Shown here one piece after another: positions 1 through 12,757 of a stretch of 64,000 nucleotides of DNA. Source of the DNA: Lama glama. Lineage: Eukaryota. Position 1 is the first letter of the stretch; each line of letters begins with the position of its first letter. The notes beneath the pieces are model-generated. The model was given only the letters and a program-made list of their open reading frames with translations. It did no database searches and was not told the DNA's origin. The translations under genes were made by a program, and so were the position numbers. Location: contig CM052818.1 in the NCBI GenBank assembly GCA_028534125.1, forward strand, positions 2,358,001-2,422,000. The letters are read 5' to 3'.

Positions 1-125
1 TTAGCATGCATGAGGTCCTGGGTTCAATCCTCACTACCTCCATTAAAAAATAATAATTAAATAAAATTAAACCTAATTACTTCCCCCCAAAAGAAACTTT
101 AAGAAAATAGTGTTTAAAAAAAAAG
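1..125 (+). mobile_element. tRNA-derived SINE (camelid Vic-1-like), cut by window edge
   Basis: GAGGTCCTGGGTTCAATCC B-box, ACCTAATTAC motif, A-rich tail. Confidence 0.85.
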
Positions 126-744
126 AATATGTAATCTAGGCTGCTCCAAACCAGTATTTTACTGAATTAGCCATATTATTTGCGTGTGTATTTACATATG
201 ATTACTAGATGTGTGCGTGCATGTATGCGTGTCTATGTATGTTATATATAAATGCACATATGCATATGAATGAGAGGGAGAGGAGGGGATAGGTAAAGAT
301 TATATACTAGCCAATGTCTACATGAATACAACAGATAACAATTAGCGAATATTTCTGTTCTATTTACCCACCTATTTTTGTTGTATTTATATTGAAAGAA
401 CATTGCAGAGAATTCAAAGCAAACATTTCATTTCTATTTCCCCAGCCCCCTTTGGAAGCTCACCAGCCTCCCTTCTGCATAGTTTCAAGCAACAAATGCA
501 GAATGTTCTTAAGCCTGTATTTTAATGCCCATCTAAAACCCATTACTTATCTAAAGGCTTTCCCCAGGATTTTGGTTCAATTAAGCTTGTACAGAAGGAG
601 CCCATTTATATGGCTCAGATAGTCAAAGCGGAAATCCTGAAACAATTAGCTTCATGCAAAACTTGTAAACAGGGACCCAAATAGTCCCGGACTATTCGTT
701 TTCACTGACTCTACTATGGACAGCAACTGCCTTAATTATGCTAA

Positions 745-935
745 GATGTGCTCCCAAATAGTGGCTCATAGATGGCAGGCAGAGAACCACCTGGGAGCCT
801 TTTTAAACTATCAATGTGTGAGCCCCAATCCAAACCAAGCCAATCTGAAGCACTGGAGGAAGGGCCCAGGCATCTACTTCCTTAAAGCTCCCAGGATGAT
901 TCTAACGTGCAGCTTGGGTTGACACCCATGGCTCT
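745..935. mobile_element. MER5-type hAT-Charlie DNA transposon remnant
   Basis: agaaccacctgggagc...aagctcccaggatgattctaacgtgcagc resembles MER5 consensus (recalled). Confidence 0.6.
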
Positions 936-1065
936 AGAATATTCAGCGTAATTCCCCCAGCATTGATGGAGCACACAGGGTAGGGCTAGCATGGGCTAGT
1001 CACTGTAGGAAACCAGGCAGTGGCCACAGTGGTCTTCCTGGGATGATGGAGACATGACCACAGCT

Positions 1066-1165
1066 AGGGTGACCTGCTGTCCCAATTTGCCAGGGAATGA
1101 GGGGTTTCTGGGGATGTGAGACTTTCGGTGCTAAAACCAGGACAGTCCCAGGCAAACTGGACACT
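1066..1165. mobile_element. MER81-like hAT DNA element
   Basis: tagggtgacc...gtgctaaaaccaggacagtcccaggcaaactggac. Confidence 0.6.
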
Positions 1166-1756
1166 TCAACATCCGTGGAGACGCTGAGCCCTTCCAACAT
1201 GTCAGCAACTGCTTCCCCAGCCCAGGGTCTGCCAACGTGCAGGCTGGGGCTTCCTCAACAAGGGAAAGAAAATCAATGCGATCTAGCCGTTAGGTGAGCA
1301 CAGAACAGAATCAAAATGGTGCTGGCTCCCCAGTGAGAACCGGGAAAATGGGTCCATGGAGTGGCTAAACCACCAGACCGGGCCTAGGGGATGCCGTGAT
1401 GGAGCCCCGGGGGTAGCTGTTACTCTCAAGATTTCTTGCATCTCTGGGACTCCAGCAGCATTGATAATTACTTTTCATTAATTCTGACTGCTTTTCTGTT
1501 GTTAAGAACCGTAAAAACCCTTGGGGAAACTAGACAGGGTCTGAGGCCTCACACCCTCCCCAGATGGCAGAGCGGAGGGAGAGCTGGGGGCAGGGATCTG
1601 GTAGACCCTCGGGTGCAGAAGCCAGGCCAAGGGGAGGCAGGGAGTGGGCAGAGGGCCAGCCCCTCCGTCTCCTCCCCCCAGGATGCTGAGGCGGCCCAGC
1701 CCAGGGTCCACCCTCACAGTCGCTGGCCTCTGACCCAGCGAGGGCACCAGACTCAC

Positions 1757-1883
1757 TCTGCGGTAAGTCTTCGGCCCTGAAGACCTTCAGGCAGAAGTGC
1801 GCTCCGCGCAGGGCCACACCGGTCGGCCTGAGCAGGTTGCCTTCAATGTCCTCCTTGTCTTCAGAGGGGTCTTTTCTCTCCAG
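1757..1883 (-). CDS. DYSF: DYSF exon 12 (127 nt, FerI to start of C2C)
   Basis: [55 protein letters not shown]. Confidence 0.96.
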
Positions 1884-2497
1884 CTACAACACAAGCAAAT
1901 GGGATTCCTTAATGTGCTCTTGAGCACCGTGTTTTCCCTTCCTTTTCTGAGAGCTCAACCAACTCACATAAAGGGTGCATCTTGAAAGCAGATCTCTCCC
2001 TGCCACCTCCTAGTTTGTCCTCTCCACCAGGTTCCTTACCCTGAGACCCTGCTTCCTCGTCTGAACAGTGGAGACAATGACACTGACCTCATGGGCTGTG
2101 GGAGAATCGACTTCAGTAATGTGTAAATGCGCATCGCAACGGCAGGCACTCGAGAACCTTGGTCTCCATCCCACTCCACCCATCAAATATAGTGACAGAG
2201 AAGTGACAGAGGCCTAAGCTGGCCACTGTCTTCTATAATGTCTATTCACTCATCTGAAAAGTATTTACCCAGTGACTAAGGGTCAGCTCGGAGCCGTGGG
2301 ATGTGGGATGCAGCAGTGAACAAGGTGGACAGAGGTCCTGCCCCCATGGTGCTCACCATGTCCCAGGGAAAGCAGGTATGTTAAGCAAATGAATGTAATA
2401 ACATATGCTGAGCATCATGATTAGGACAGTAATCAGAAAAATAATGTTTATTGATTTTATACAGAGTCTCACTTCATCCTCAGAGCAACCCCTGTGA

Positions 2498-2680
2498 GCA
2501 GTGGGTGTCAAACTCGACTGAACGTTAGAAACTGGAGAATCAGTGTCATACAGACCACTGCTGTACTTGCCAACTAAAATGCAGGCGCTGCTTCAGTGGG
2601 TCTGGGGTGGAGCCCACGACTCACATTCCAACAAGTGCCCAGGCGACACCCATGCTGCTGGTCCACAGATAATGCTCTGG
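2498..2680. mobile_element. MER5-type DNA transposon remnant
   Basis: cagtgggtgtcaaact...tctggggtggagccc...aacaagtgcccaggcga...tgctgctggtcca. Confidence 0.55.
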
Positions 2681-3194
2681 GTGCCAGGCCCTGGAATCCC
2701 CCACTTCACAGATGATTTCTGGACGAGGGTTAACACAGGCTGGATGCAGAACCAGTGAGTTTCGAGAAAACAGAGCAGAGGGGCTTGTAACTATATTGAG
2801 AGGAGGGAGGGAACAGTGTTGGGGGTCTTCCTGCTCAGAGACCTGGACCATGGGCTCCAGGCAGCGGAAGCAACTCACGCAGGCTGACGGCTCACATGGC
2901 AGCTTGAGGAACAAGAGATCCAGGTGTGGCACTTTGGCAAGTGGGTGGCAGAGGGGTAGGGGAGAGGGGGCGCCAGGCCACGCCCAGAAGCCCACTCCCT
3001 GAAAGCTGCCTGTCCTAGGCCCGCTCAGTCCACACTCGGAAACTTGCTTTGGAATCTTTGCAGCAAAATTCTCCACCCAGAACGCCTTAACATCACACAA
3101 GCACCCGTGAGGGAACTATTCGTTCTACGTTTTTCTCTTGAGCTCAAGTCTGAAGAAGATGATCATCTCTGCTCTCAGTCATCCGTAACACTGT

Positions 3195-5700
3195 TCATTC
3201 CCTTAGACTACAAGCACTGATTAAGCACCTACTGTGTACCAGATCTATACTAGGCAAGAGGGGCAATAAAAGAGTTCATATGTATTCTAGTGTCCCTGAC
3301 CTCAAGAAACTGAGTCTTAGTGACAGAGATAGACATGTCAACTAACTAGACCAACAAAATCTGGGGTACCTGGTGACCAAAAGGAAAGACTGATAGATTT
3401 CCCTGGAGAACAAAGTGGACTTCGTGGAGGAAGCAGCACCTGAACTGGGTCTTGAAGACCACATCGGCTTTTGGTGGGCAAAGACAGAGCAGGCGTTCCA
3501 CAGCTGAAAAGACAGAGCAGGCGTTCCACAGCTGAAAAGGCAGGGAGGAGGATGAAGTGCCTTCTGGAAAGGGGCACGCTGCCCGGAGTGGCCACAGCAC
3601 GGAGTCCGGGGAGGTGCACACCAGCAAGCGGCACCGCAAAATCAGTCTGAAGCCAGACTTTCGTGGGCATTGACTCACGCTAAGCATTTCGGATTTCACC
3701 CTGAAAGCAGCTGGGAGGTGGGGTGGGTCACTGGCAATTTTTTAAGAGACGGAGACTTACATGATTGAACCTGGGTTTAAAGGAGGTGATTTTGGTGGTA
3801 ACGTGGGGATCAGTGGAGTGACAGCAGCTGGTCCTACATCTTCATTCACACAGAGGCCCAGGTAAGATATGATGGGAGCCTGACCTTGGACTCTGGTCTT
3901 GGGAAAGAGGAGAAGCATGCACTGAGGCTGTCACGCCGACAAGACTGGCCAACTGTGTGCATGTGGGGCTGAGGGATGAAGAATGACGCTCGGGCTGCTG
4001 GCCTGGGGGACTAAGTGGATGACAAGTGCCCTTTTCCCAGGATGTCACCTCACATAGGACGGGGAACAGGTGTGGGGAGAGGGCAGCCAAGGATACCGGG
4101 ATTCCCTGTGTTGAGTCAGAGGGGCCTAAGGGACGTGTTGATGTGCTTTGTTACAAGGCAACTGAAACTGAGTGTCTGGAGCTCTGAAGATCAGGCTGGA
4201 GATGAGCAATTTAGGAGCCTCAGGTCAACAGAGATGGGCTAACTCCACAGCGAGGGTCGAAGACACAGCAAAGGGGCATGCAGCAGAATTTTACTGAGCC
4301 ACTGAATCTGAAGGAGCCATATACAAAAAAAAAAAAAGGAAAAGAATGACAGTCTCAAATGCTAAGGGAGGAGAGAGTTTCAGATAAGACACGGGCTCTG
4401 GAATCGAACGCTGTGGCGCAGCGGAGCAGATTAATGAGAGAAGAGCTCTGGGACTTGGCAATGGGTGACCCTGAAGCAAGTGGTTTCAGGGAAGGAAGCA
4501 GGAGAATCGTACTAAAGAGGTGAAGGGGGGAGCAGCTGCTAAAGGACTGGAGAAAAGGAACACCAGGAACTCCTTCAAGAAGTTGGTGATGCTAGAGGGA
4601 AGGTGAAAGCAGCCTGGAGGGGAGGGATGGGGAGAAATGGTAAAGGCAGGGTGTTGTGAGACTGAGAAATCTGGAGCCGGGTACAGATCTGAGGGCAGGA
4701 GCCAGGGGAGGGGGTGAAAGAAGAGATGGGAAGGGCAGGCTGAACAAGACGCCAGGGGGGGAGCCTGGGCTAAGGGGGTGGGGAGTGAGGAAGGGAGGAC
4801 CAGGAAGATGGGAAACAGGCTGAGGACCAGAGAGCTTCAGGAGCTCAGAGGTCCGCACCATTGCAGCCCTGCCTCTCTAAGGAGGGTGAGGCTGGGGTTT
4901 AGGAAAGACAGCATGTTTGGAAGCAGCCTCCGAGGAGACTGGGATTAGGAGTCAACCTCATGCAAGTAAAAGAAGCAGTTAACAGCAGCTCCCAGTGACG
5001 TCTGCCACCAAAGCTGACCAAGGGTGCGGACAGCGAGTCATGGGGAGGGTGGGGGACATGAGGTGTGGCAGCAGACCCCAGGGGCTAGTAAGCACATAGT
5101 GTGAGGATTGTGGGTGGGGTCCGGGCTATGGAGGGAGCTGATGGAAGGGGAAATGGAGAAGGATCAGGGTTGCAACCTCAGGGAGGAAGAACTGTCACTC
5201 ACTGAGGGTGCGGGAGGAAAAGAGGCAGAAAGAAACCGGTGGAGAGAGGAACTTCCGAGCTCAGGATCTTGAAGGAAGTAAGAGCAGACATCGATGGCTC
5301 CTGGGTGAGGACACGTCAGACCTCAGAACAATGGCAAAGATGGGAATCTGCCAGCAGGGACCCTCTTGCACCAGCTCTGCCTGCGCCAAGGGTAGGTAAC
5401 AGCCCAGAAGACCGGAAGAGGGGGAAATAACTAGTAAGGCAGGCTTCAAAGAAGAAGGCAGTGTTGAAGTTGGGGAGGTGCCGTGAGAAGCCAAAAGATG
5501 GCCACACTTCCCGTCCCAAAGACCACAGAGCGCTGGCGTGGAAAACAGAGGCTTCCCCCTGAGCTGGTCTCAAGAAAAGCGGTTTCATCTGGGGAAAACA
5601 ACATCTGAATGGGAAGAAGAAGAGGGAGGGTTTTAGAAAAGGATACTAGATAATAGATTCGGAGATGCCACGCAGAAGGAGCAAGAAGGCATGAGGTCTG
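3195..5700 (-). mobile_element. Degraded LINE-2 fragments
   Basis: taagcacctactgtgtaccag L2 3' motif followed by long purine-rich L2-like sequence; limits approximate. Confidence 0.5.
3480..3539. repeat. Perfect 28-bp tandem duplication
   Basis: aaagacagagcaggcgttccacagctga x2. Confidence 0.95.
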
Positions 5701-6361
5701 GAGAGTCAGGCTACAGATGGATGGAGGATGAGAGAGCAGGGGAGGGGCTCTTGGGTGGGGCTGGTCCACCTGCGCTTCATCGGCCCCTGCACAGCGCCCT
5801 GGGTTCTCCCTCCCCTAACCCTTTCCATGGTGACTTCCTGAGCTCCTGTCAGCATCCAGCTCCCCATCCTTAACATCCTCATGGAACTTGCCCTCCGCCT
5901 CCATGATGGCACACGGCTTTCCCTGGGGACTCCACCTCCCCAACCCTCCCCAAGAGCCCCACTTCCCCCTCCTGCCTCTCCCAGTCCTCCTGGCTCGCCT
6001 TGCCTTGATGATTTCAGTTCCTGCCTCACCATTTGCCTATTTGATTTCCAATTCTCCCATAAGATAATTAACCTCCATGTGGACAAGTCATCCACCAACA
6101 TAGTTCCACGGCCCCCACCAATAGCATCTGAATCTCCCCTCCCCTTCAGCTGCTAGAGGGATGGCCGTAACTCAAACCTCCAGCCACACAGAGCCAATCC
6201 TCTAGGAAAATCTTGACCACCGAAACCCTTCTCTAAAGACAGTTTCCAACCTCTCCACCTCCTCCAACCCCCACTCACATCAAGTGAAACACCCAACACA
6301 GAGCTTGGCACACAGCAGGTGCTCAATAAATGTGTGCCCCCCAGCCCTGCCCTATTCTTTG

Positions 6362-6861
6362 NNNNNNNNNNNNNNNNNNNNNNNNNNNNNNNNNNNNNNN
6401 NNNNNNNNNNNNNNNNNNNNNNNNNNNNNNNNNNNNNNNNNNNNNNNNNNNNNNNNNNNNNNNNNNNNNNNNNNNNNNNNNNNNNNNNNNNNNNNNNNNN
6501 NNNNNNNNNNNNNNNNNNNNNNNNNNNNNNNNNNNNNNNNNNNNNNNNNNNNNNNNNNNNNNNNNNNNNNNNNNNNNNNNNNNNNNNNNNNNNNNNNNNN
6601 NNNNNNNNNNNNNNNNNNNNNNNNNNNNNNNNNNNNNNNNNNNNNNNNNNNNNNNNNNNNNNNNNNNNNNNNNNNNNNNNNNNNNNNNNNNNNNNNNNNN
6701 NNNNNNNNNNNNNNNNNNNNNNNNNNNNNNNNNNNNNNNNNNNNNNNNNNNNNNNNNNNNNNNNNNNNNNNNNNNNNNNNNNNNNNNNNNNNNNNNNNNN
6801 NNNNNNNNNNNNNNNNNNNNNNNNNNNNNNNNNNNNNNNNNNNNNNNNNNNNNNNNNNNNN
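6362..6861. other. Assembly gap (500 N)
   Basis: Run of N. Confidence 1.
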
Positions 6862-6884
6862 CCACTTCCTGAGGTAGGCATGTC
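6862..6884 (-). CDS. DYSF: DYSF exon 11, 5' part only (remainder in N gap)
   Basis: TCTCTCTAG| (R)HAYLRKW then Ns; in frame with exon 10. Confidence 0.93.
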
Positions 6885-7465
6885 CTAGAGAGACGACACC
6901 CACTGGTGATTCCAGAACTGGAAGGACTCGAGTCTGCAGTCACATCGGGGAGCCCGGGGCAGACTACATGGGCTGAGGTGATGGATTCATCTACCTGGAC
7001 ATGGGGGAAGGACTCAAATTCTGGAATAAGTAGTACTTTGAGTGTTCATTTGGGTCCAAGTCAGAAATGTTAACAGAAACCCCTATCAAAGGCTGCCAAA
7101 GCCAGACCCCAGACCATCTTCCTCCTCCTCAGGGACCAGGGTGTAGAGAAATCCTAGACTTGTTGTCCAAATGACCCATCCTGTCTGGGGATGATTCCAG
7201 TCTCCAGCAACCCGTGCTGGAGGCCCTACAGATTTAGCACCCCAGCTGAGCCAACTGAGACCCATGTGAACATTTCATCTTCCTGGGGGCTTGAAAGCCC
7301 ACCCTCTCTTCATTATTGCCACCTCACCTCCAAGATCAAACTCCGCCTCTAAATTCTAAAACCCCCAGGAAGGAAGGATGAGTGTCCCCAGTCGGTGCCC
7401 CCATGCAGCCTGCAGAACCCAAATGCAAGGACCTGCCCAAGCTTGGGGATGAGAGCATGACTCAC

Positions 7466-7496
7466 GGGGCTCTCTGTAGATGGTGCCCACGTCCAT
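7466..7496 (-). CDS. DYSF: DYSF exon 10 (31 nt)
   Basis: TTGCAG| MDVGTIYREP(R) |GTGAGT. Confidence 0.95.
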
Positions 7497-8551
7497 CTGC
7501 AATCAAACAGAGGAAGCACAGATCACACTCTTGCCCCCAGAGTGTTCAGTAAAGTATGATGCATTATGCCGTCCCATTAAACATCATGTTCTCCAGAACA
7601 TTTGGAGACATGGGGAAATGTTTGTCATCTGATATAACCCGAAAAGAAAGTGGAATACATTTTGATCAAAGTTTGGTAATGTGTATCTACGCACAGAAAA
7701 GACAGAGCAAAGGAAACACAAAATGGTACCTGTACTAGCTCTGGGTCATAGATTTATTTTCTTTTTATACTTTCCTATATTTTATAATTTTCTATTAAAA
7801 AAAATCACAGATCATTTGGATGTTGATGGTAGGGGAGGCTATGCATGTGTGGGGCGAGGGGACATGGGGGAACTCTACACTTTCCACTCAATTTTTCTAT
7901 GAACCTAAAATTGCTCTAAATATATATATAAAGGTTTTTTTTTAACATCATGGGTTATTTTTAACTTAGCCCTTGGGTTCTCAACAAGAATGTGGTTCAA
8001 AGATGAAAGACTCAAAACAGAAGACCCCGTTTGGTACAGAATGACTCAAGTTTAAGCTCATTCTTTTGAAAAACTGCTTCTCTAGAAAAACAGACTCAGT
8101 TTTCTATCTTGTCACTACTTCCTAGAAAAGGGGTCATATTTCATTTGGACAGCAGGAGGAGGGCAAAATAAACCTGTGCCATTTCTTTCTATTTGCTAAA
8201 TGCTTGAGGATTCAAAAATGAGAAAATCAATCAGAATGACATTAAAACACCATTTTTGAAGGTCTCCATTACCAGTTGCCTTTCCTTTATGCACCCTGTT
8301 AATGCCATCCTGTGCACAGTTTAAAGTCCTCTGCAGTGGACTGTTCACTTCTGCACCGTCTGGGACAAAGGAGAGGGCAGGCTCCCCCTCTCTCCACTGC
8401 CCCCCACCTGACCCCACTGGACTGCACATCTGGACCCCGCTCCCAACCCAGGTGAGCTCAGGACACAGAGGGCTGGTGTCACACTGGCCCAAGATGGTCA
8501 GAGTTAGGAGGAAGGCTGCCTAAACTCAGGTTCCACGCTGCCTTCCCAAGA

Positions 8552-9139
8552 TGTAAGGACAAAGGCAAATTATAAATAAGAAACTGAATTCCCCCTGTCC
8601 CTCTCTTCTCTTCTTGCCAGAACATTTTCCTTGGAAAACTTTTCCATGTGAGTACTTGCTCTATCTCTTTGAAATGTATCTTTTTAGAAACCAAATAACC
8701 CTTTTGTCAGCTTCCTCTGGAAAGGGAAGGGCCTACCTTAACTGAATTGAAAAACTACCTCCTATCGTAAAAATGCGAGCTCATTTTCTGTTTTTTTCTT
8801 TTGGATAAAGTCAGTTAGCAAACAGAGATGGTCGCCCCGATTACCAGGTAAAGTTAGGATGAACCATGTGTAGCCGGAAATGCTGTCCAGACCTCTAGCT
8901 TGGTTACTGTTCATCTTGAGAACATGGATGGAATGGGGTGTGTCTGCTTGGCTCTGTATAAGATTTCTTTCCATCTCTGCAATCTCTTAACAGATTGTCT
9001 TTGATACACATCATATTCTGGTTCAATGCTTATTCAGCAACAAAATCGCTTTCTTGCTCTACTACCTTTGTGGTAGAAAGGATTTCTGCGTTAGAAGATC
9101 TTGTTTTGTTTTGTTTTTTTAAATTATATTTCCCCAACA
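8552..9139 (+). mobile_element. Solo ERV1-type LTR (MER34-like)
   Basis: TG...CA ends, terminal aattatatttccccaaca motif, flanks aaga/caga. Confidence 0.7.
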
Positions 9140-9250
9140 CAGACCAAGATGACAGGCTCTCTGGGGCACCAACACTGCCCATCACCCACAGAGCCTCCAC
9201 TAATGTGGACAAATGAGAACCAACTGCTTTCAAAGAAAATAAACCATTAC

Positions 9251-9301
9251 CCGGAACTCTCCGATGAGAGCATCCGTCCTGAGGGAACGGGAGTCTACCA
9301 C
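9251..9301 (-). CDS. DYSF: DYSF exon 9 (51 nt)
   Basis: TTTCCTTCCAG| VVDSRSLRTDALIGEFR |GTAATG. Confidence 0.96.
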
Positions 9302-9907
9302 CTGGAAGGAAAGATAAATTAAAACTCTCATCTACAAATAAACGTTGGCCCAGACAGGGGCCCAACCCAATTGCTCTTCCCTCCCAAAGAAAAACAGCCC
9401 ACACTTGGGTAGCACTTGCTCTATTAGAGATTGTTGCAAGCAATATTGAACCCTCACAAGAACCCCATGAGTAGGTACTATTATTATCCCCATTCTACAG
9501 ATGAAGAAACAGAGGCACAGAGAGATCACTTATACAGAATCACACAACATCCTGCCAACCCCACGGCACAGGTAGGACCAGAATCCAGTTTGGCTCCAGA
9601 GCCCACACTTTAACCACTAAGCTATACTGCCTTTCAGCAGAAAGGGGAAAAAGAAAAAAGGGAGGGGCTGAAGCCCAGAGAAAGAAAATCTTGGCCAGAA
9701 GCAAGCATGTAGACAAATAAAATAAGATAAAAATCAAAGATCTGCTGCAAGAGTGGGTTCAGGACCCTGGCCAGAGGCACATGACCCTGAGCGGCGAGTC
9801 TCCCCTCCTGGCTGCCGTCTGCATCTGAGCAGCTGAAGGCATCCCTGTGATCAGGGGGTCGAGACCTGGAGCCTCTCCACGTAACCCAGGCCCAGCTTCT
9901 AGGCTTT

Positions 9908-9911
<4 letters not shown>

Positions 9912-9953
<42 letters not shown>

Positions 9954-9957
9954 ACAC
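9912..9957. repeat. (CA)n microsatellite in intron 8
   Basis: About 22 CA units with one interruption. Confidence 0.97.
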
Positions 9958-10013
9958 TGACACGCACGTGTGCACACAGAGCCCACAAAGCGCCTCCGGG
10001 CGCTGACACATAC

Positions 10014-10076
10014 CGTGATGAAGATGGGCTCATCAAACAGCTCCGCGGGAGAGTCAAACACATTGAAGAAAAGAGT
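10014..10076 (-). CDS. DYSF: DYSF exon 8 (63 nt)
   Basis: CAACAG| TLFFNVFDSPAELFDEPIFIT |GTATGT. Confidence 0.96.
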
Positions 10077-10262
10077 CTGTTGGTTCAGGGCGAAAGGGAG
10101 ACAAATGAAGGCCCACTGACTCTGGGAGGGGAGAGGGGCGGCCACCGCCCAGCCTCCAGGTCTGGTCCACACAGCAAGTGGGGATTCGACCTCATGGAGG
10201 CTGTCACCTCAGGGACAGAGTGGACGGCTGGCCTAAAAGGATGATGCGGATATGGAGCAGAG

Positions 10263-10319
10263 GGAGCCCATGGCAGGAGTAAGAGCAGGAGCCCACGGCA
10301 GGAGTAAGAGCAGGAGCCC
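10263..10319. repeat. 25-bp tandem duplication in intron 7
   Basis: ggagcccaYggcaggagtaagagca x2 plus ggagccc. Confidence 0.93.
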
Positions 10320-10378
10320 TCTCTCCAGTTCCTCAGATAACCTACTCAGGACCTGGCACAGCTCTTGACCCAGTGTTA

Positions 10379-10726
<348 letters not shown>

Positions 10727-11724
10727 TTAAAAAGGAATTAGGAGGAACACTGGAAGAACAACCTTTTCCCACCAAGGTCCCTCGCATCTATAAAATCCCA
10801 TGGTTCCACATAAGAGCTGCCAGGCTGCCCCCAAGGAAGCTGCCAGCCTTAAACCCCAGGGCTGGGCTGAGGATCCAGCCCCGGTTCAACTCCTCAGCCC
10901 CACCTCAGACTCCTTGATGCTGATGTTTCTGTTTGAGTGTCAGTGTCCTCACTGACAATTCACTCAGAGGTCAAAATTACGTAGTGACGTAACCGCACTT
11001 TATTCTTATACAGCAAAAGACGCAACACAGAATATCTCACATTCTGAGAAATAAATTGAGCTTTCTTCTTTGAACTTTAAGTAAATAAAAGTTTCAGGAA
11101 CATCTGTGCTTCCAAATTTGGGCAAAACATTTTTAAATATTTTTAAATTCTTTTTTAAAAATAGCATACTGTAGAAGAATACATTTTCAATAGCAATGGG
11201 AAAGGGGGCAGAATGAGTGATTTTTATTCTCTTCATTGTATAGTATTTTCCAAATTTTCTACCAAAAAACACATATTAATTTTCTAAGGAGAAAAATGTA
11301 AGAACGTCTTGCAAATAATGATAAAAATAAGTTAGAATTTTGTCTTTCAACCAAACATAGTGATTATAAGTAGAACTTTTGCTTAAATTATCATGGTTTA
11401 GAACTGAAATATATTTTTACAATTTGTTGCATTGAATAAATAAATATTTAAGCTTCCTGTTTTTAATTTTAAAAGTCATTCTGAAGAGTTAAATATCAGT
11501 AAATCCAATTACATCAAAACAGAAAAGAAAAAGAATTAGCAAAAGACCAAAATTAAAAGGCAAATTAAATGGGATAGATTTTTGGATGAAAAAATATGTC
11601 AAAGGGTTAATATTAATAGTTTCACTCTGTGAGGAGCTTGAACAAATTCAAATTCCACATGACATACAGAAAAATCATGACTGTAAACAGAGGAATGAAT
11701 AGAGGGAGGAAAAAAAAAGCAGAG

Positions 11725-11840
11725 TTTCTCAGATTTGGGGATCTTGTTCAAATGCAGATTCTTTTTCAGTGGGTTTAGGGACAAGCCCAAGATCCTGCCT
11801 TTCCAGGCTGCTGGCCCCAGCATCACACTTTGAAAAGCAC
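11725..11840. mobile_element. MER5A-like remnant
   Basis: cttgttcaaatgcagattct...ggccccagcatcacactttgaaaagcac. Confidence 0.6.
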
Positions 11841-12135
11841 AGAGCTGGCCGGCTAGATGAACTGTGGCTGGGAACACAGGTATCAGCGGCAGTGATGCTG
11901 ACTCTGGCAGTGACCCCTCCCCTCACTTTTTTTTTTTTTTTAAGAGCAAAACCACAGGCTGGGCAGAGGCTTTTTCTGAAGGCCCCAAGACACAGACTCC
12001 CTATCGAGCACTTGCCCAGGACCCAGGGAAACCAGATCCCACCTAGGAAAGCCCTCAGGACCTGCCCCAAGGCTGGACAGACAGGCAGGTGCCAGCATCA
12101 GCGGCTGCTGGGCTAAAGGAGGAGACGGTGGTCAC

Positions 12136-12347
12136 CTGGAAGTCCTGCGGTTTGTCCGACAGCAGCTTTCTGGGCGTGGGCGTGCTCCTCTTCTTTCTTC
12201 CCCCAGGGTGGTAAGGGGGAGGATGTGAAGGCGGCTTCTTTGGGGTGATGGGAGCCCCTGGGCCTGTAGCTCCGCTCTGGTCCAGGAATGGCTCGGCCTC
12301 GTCTCCTGTGAGCCCCTGGTCCTCAGTGTCCTCCTCTCCTCCTGTGT
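12136..12347 (-). CDS. DYSF: DYSF exon 6 (212 nt, acidic/Pro-rich linker)
   Basis: [38 protein letters not shown]...[17 protein letters not shown]. Confidence 0.96.
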
Positions 12348-12664
12348 CTGGAGGAGAGGGTGCTAATGAGGCTGGGTCCCAGCCCAGCCGACCGAGGACC
12401 CGAAGGCCCAGCACCCACGTCCCCTGCCCCTCTTTTTCCCCACCGGTCAGCCAGGATGGATGAGGGAGAAGAGGAGGAGCTTCCAACAGCTGAAACGTGA
12501 GGGTGGTCAGTCCAGTTAGTCAGCAGGAAGGAAACAGAATGGCCCTTGCCCTCCCCATCCTATCCTGCCGGATGAGCCACTAGTTCCACTCTCAGGAGCT
12601 GACGGTGGCCACATGGGAGCCAGTTACAGGTGGTAGGATCAGGACAGCCCGGCCCGTGTCTCAC

Positions 12665-12757
12665 CCGTGGGGGCCAGCCACTTCTTTCCAGAGTATCTCG
12701 TGTCCACGGTGCTGTCACTGAGCAGGGACCAAGTCTCGGCCCGGCTCTGTCCCCCAC
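12665..12757 (-). CDS. DYSF: DYSF alternative cassette exon 5a (93 nt, frame-preserving)
   Basis: GTGCCAG| GGGQSRAETWSLLSDSTVDTRYSGKKWLAPT |GTGAGA; phase 1-1; resembles the known exon 5a peptide; not shown by the ORF track. Confidence 0.93.

Noticed and set aside
6153..6943. ORFs spanning the first N gap
   Set aside because: Artefacts of N runs; only HAYLRKW is real (exon 11)
12136..12347. Exon 6 is 6 nt longer than the recalled human exon
   Set aside because: In-frame indel in a low-complexity linker; ordinary species variation
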